This document shows, in pieces, positions 61,696 through 64,000 of a stretch of 64,000 nucleotides of DNA. The notes below the pieces were generated by a model that saw only the letters and a list, made by a program, of their open reading frames with translations, did not search any database and was not told where the DNA came from. A program made the translations under genes and the position numbers. Source of the DNA: Verrucomicrobiaceae bacterium (GTDB lineage: Bacteria > Verrucomicrobiota > Verrucomicrobiia > Verrucomicrobiales > Verrucomicrobiaceae). Position 1 is the stretch's first letter. Every line of letters starts with the position of its first letter. The DNA lies in assembly GCA_947466075.1 (NCBI GenBank), contig CANIBP010000007.1, forward strand, positions 9,272-73,271, written 5' to 3'.

Positions 61696-62664
61696 ATGCC
61701 CCTGCAGCCCAAAATCAAACGCCCGTCCTCGGTGACGGTGGAGGAATTTTTTCAGCTGAATGAAAAAGCGCTCAAATTGAAGCTCGTTGGCACTGATGCA
61801 GGTTTCTCCCGCAAGATCAGCGAACCCTCGGTGAACCGCCCTGGTCTGGCGCTCTCCGGCTTTTTCACCTATTTCGCCTACAAGCGTGTGCAGGTGATCG
61901 GCAATTCGGAGAGTTCTTTCCTCGAAGGGCTGGAACCCAAGCTGCGTGCGGGACGCTTCAGCCAGCTCTGCTCCTGGGACATTCCGTGCATCGTCATCGC
62001 CCGTGGCCATCGGATCGGCGATGATTTGATCGATATCGCAAATAGCGCTGGCATCTCCGTCTTCCAGACGAGCATGATGACGATGAAGTTCCTCAACGCG
62101 GCGACCATCAAGCTGGAGTGGGCGTTTGCCCCCAATTTGCTGGTGCATGGCTGTTTGGTCGATGTGCAGGGCATTGGCGTCCTCATTCAAGGAGACAGCG
62201 GCTGCGGCAAAAGCGAAAGCGTGATCGGGCTACTGCAACGCGGCGGCAGTCTCGTGGCAGATGACGCCGTGCGACTACGGCTGATCGAGGACCGCGAAAT
62301 CGTCGGTTCAGCGCCGGACATGACCCGTGGTATGATCGAAATCCGTGGTCTGGGCATCCTAAACGTGGCGGCACTCTTCGGCGTCGGAGCCGTGCGCTTG
62401 AGCAAACGGCTGGATTTGATCGTGGAACTCGTGCGAGGCGCAAAAACTGAAGATTTGGAGCGCGTAGGCGTGACGACCGACGGCCGCGATGTGATGGGCA
62501 TGAAAATTGAGCGGGTGGCGCTGCCAGTCGAACCCGGCCGCGACGTGGCCGCCTTGATCGAACTGGCGGCCCTGAACTACAAACTGCGGGCCTTCGGCTA
62601 CAATAGTGCCGTAGAGTTTGATCAAAGATTGTTAAAAAAGATGACGGATGACCAATTAGGTTAA
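61696..62664 (+). CDS. hprK: HPr kinase/phosphorylase
   Basis: NRPGLALSGFFTYF, the GDSGCGKSE P-loop and MIEIRGLGILNV signature. The start is placed at MPLQPKI. Confidence 0.9.
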   Translation: MPLQPKIKRPSSVTVEEFFQLNEKALKLKLVGTDAGFSRKISEPSVNRPGLALSGFFTYFAYKRVQVIGNSESSFLEGLEPKLRAGRFSQLCSWDIPCIVIARGHRIGDDLIDIANSAGISVFQTSMMTMKFLNAATIKLEWAFAPNLLVHGCLVDVQGIGVLIQGDSGCGKSESVIGLLQRGGSLVADDAVRLRLIEDREIVGSAPDMTRGMIEIRGLGILNVAALFGVGAVRLSKRLDLIVELVRGAKTEDLERVGVTTDGRDVMGMKIERVALPVEPGRDVAALIELAALNYKLRAFGYNSAVEFDQRLLKKMTDDQLG

Positions 62665-62685
62665 ATGTAAGGCACCCGACCTCCC

Positions 62686-62958
62686 ATGAGCATTGAAAAA
62701 GAACTCACGATCCGCAACAAGATGGGCATGCATGCGCGCCCAGCCGCGCAGTTCGTGAAACGCGCCAGCAAATACCAATGCGACGTGTGGGTAGAAAAGG
62801 ACGATGAACCAGTAAACGGCAAGAGCATCATGGGACTCATGATGCTGGCCGCTGGCCGTGGTGAAACGATCAAAATCATTGCCGATGGCAATGATGCCGA
62901 GGCTGCCGTGGCTGATCTCGAGGAACTGGTCTCGTCAGGCTTTGGCGACGTGGAGTAA
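62686..62958 (+). CDS. ptsH: phosphocarrier protein HPr
   Basis: 90 aa. NKMGMHARPA (active-site His) and GKSIMGLMML (regulatory Ser). Confidence 0.9.
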   Translation: MSIEKELTIRNKMGMHARPAAQFVKRASKYQCDVWVEKDDEPVNGKSIMGLMMLAAGRGETIKIIADGNDAEAAVADLEELVSSGFGDVE

Positions 62959-62966
62959 GTTCACAC

Positions 62967-63233
62967 CTACTGCTTGGTTTTCTGCGGCTCTACGACAGCT
63001 GGTGCTGACACGCGGATTTCTGTACCGTCCGGCGACTCAGGCGGCGCGCTCTCTTTGAGCATCTCCAGCATCATGGTGCCGATTAAATAGATCAAACCGC
63101 CACCCACCCCAGCCCCGATGGCAATAAACCGCCGCTGCCAAGTGTGCTCACGGTCGATTGCATACCAGAAACGCATGCAAAGCAGCATCCACATGATGCT
63201 GCCACCAAGGACAAGAAGTTGGCCAGATGTCAT
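62967..63233 (-). CDS. small hypothetical membrane protein
   Basis: Two hydrophobic helices (LLVLGGSIMWMLLCMRFW; FIAIGAGVGGGLIYLIGTMML). No known motif. The start is uncertain (the track start is 63329). Confidence 0.35.
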   Translation of the reverse strand: MTSGQLLVLGGSIMWMLLCMRFWYAIDREHTWQRRFIAIGAGVGGGLIYLIGTMMLEMLKESAPPESPDGTEIRVSAPAVVEPQKTKQ

Positions 63234-63362
63234 GCATGGATTTTGGAACGGGTTTGCCCTGCCAGCGACAAGAAAATGACCGCTCAGACTTCCTCCAGTC
63301 CCACACCAAGAAATCACTGGCTCCAACACGCAAGCAGCCTACTCTCCGCCACCCCAAAAAAC

Positions 63363-63890
63363 ATGCCCACCGAGTTCGACATTCAATATGCCTTGGAAAA
63401 CACCCAGGTACTGCACGAACCCGACCGCCGCATCGACACCTTTGGCAGTACGCAGTTTGAATTTCAGATCGTCACCGAACTGATGGACACCGTGGGTGCC
63501 GTGCGCGTGCGAGAAGGCCGGATTGAGGCGGAGAAGCCGATGATTCTGCGCCCGGAAATGCCCGGGAACTTCGATTTCGAAGGCTTCGGCCCGGAGGTGG
63601 CCGCGTTTGGCGATTTCCTCAAAGACAACCTGCACAAGCTGGCGATTTTGAAATACGGCTTCAAATTCCGCAAAGGCGAGATCACCGAGCAGATCGTGCA
63701 TGAGTCCATGGACGAGGTCTGCGGCAAACTGCTCGGCGACATCCGCACCTCCGGCAATCCCATGCGTGCGGTGATTCAAGGCGTGGACGACACTTGGGAA
63801 ATCTGCCTGCTCAAATTCACCGTTGAGATGATTGAGAAGTCCCAGAATATCAACCTGTTCGATTTCAAACGGCGCGGCCTGCTCGGCTGA
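63363..63890 (+). CDS. hypothetical cytoplasmic protein (175 aa)
   Basis: The ORF has plausible composition starting at MPTEFDIQYALENTQ. The track's upstream extension runs antisense to the neighbouring ORF. No domain recognised. Confidence 0.55.
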   Translation: MPTEFDIQYALENTQVLHEPDRRIDTFGSTQFEFQIVTELMDTVGAVRVREGRIEAEKPMILRPEMPGNFDFEGFGPEVAAFGDFLKDNLHKLAILKYGFKFRKGEITEQIVHESMDEVCGKLLGDIRTSGNPMRAVIQGVDDTWEICLLKFTVEMIEKSQNINLFDFKRRGLLG

Positions 63891-63910
63891 GCGCGCATTT
63901 TGCTTCAACG

Positions 63911-64000
63911 ATGGCCAAGGCACAGCTCAAGATTCTTGTTTTCCTCATCACCATCGGCCTGGTGGCCGGGAGTTTGTCCGTCGGTTGGTGGTTTTATACC
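63911..64000 (+). CDS. 5' end of a membrane-anchored protein, truncated by the window edge
   Basis: The ATG at 63911 gives MAKAQLKILVFLITIGLVAGSLSVGWWFYT, a signal-anchor-like helix. Only 30 codons are visible. Confidence 0.4.
   Translation, partial: MAKAQLKILVFLITIGLVAGSLSVGWWFYT

Noticed and set aside
1-64000. CRISPR arrays, rRNA genes, transposases, integrases, IS elements, toxin-antitoxin pairs
   Set aside because: I scanned the intergenic regions and the ORF translations. I found no spaced direct-repeat arrays, no DDE or tyrosine/serine recombinase motifs and no small paired ORFs with TA-like features. The only tandem DNA repeats found are the 156-nt coding repeats (1-386) and the 15-nt pair at 7347-7382.

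Overview
GC-rich chromosomal window. The gene content points to a PVC-superphylum bacterium, most likely Verrucomicrobiota: a PSCyt/DUF1553 + DUF1501 pair, a DUF1592 + DUF1552 pair, runs of secreted sulfatases, many Tat/Sec signals, and SD-less 'caccATGAAA' starts. From left to right the window holds the following.

- 1-676: the 3' end of a collagen-like, tail-fibre-like repeat gene with a disrupted frame, followed by tRNA-Ala(CGC).
- 697-7283: a lipoprotein, a canonical exbB-exbD-tonB operon, a K+-independent H+-pyrophosphatase and a Tat amidase.
- 7383-11988: a PSCyt/DUF1501 pair.
- 11989-23768: a locus headed by an AraC-PAS regulator that looks like hydroxyproline / collagen-peptide catabolism. 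It has a DapA-family enzyme, a PanB-like enzyme, a hydroxyproline epimerase, an FAD D-amino-acid dehydrogenase, two S9 prolyl peptidases and a double-zincin protein.
- 23788-51399: a second AraC-PAS paralog heads a very tightly packed co-directional array. It has a Sel1/cysteine-peptidase fusion, four SASA acetylesterase-like domains, four sulfatases, an L-serine-dehydratase-like gene, a Gfo/Idh/MocA oxidoreductase, the DUF1592/DUF1552 pair and a eukaryote-type UGPase.
- 51420-55348: a three-gene stator-like module on the minus strand.
- 55524-58529: an MmeI-like Type IIL restriction-modification gene, back-to-back with the stator-like module.
- 58539-64000: housekeeping genes ftsY-nusB-ribH-ribBA and hprK-ptsH, plus hypothetical genes.

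The two observations I consider most worth follow-up are these.

1. Two secreted peptidases in the hydroxyproline locus carry modules that align without gaps to the hydroxyproline-binding beta domain of human pVHL. The pocket residues are conserved.
2. The stator-like operon is atypical. It encodes a Zn-ribbon-MotA/ExbB channel plus two different coiled-coil-extended ExbD-like proteins, and it sits next to the RM gene.

No CRISPR array, rRNA, transposase or integrase was seen. All calls come from reading the translations and my memory of family motifs. No searches were run.
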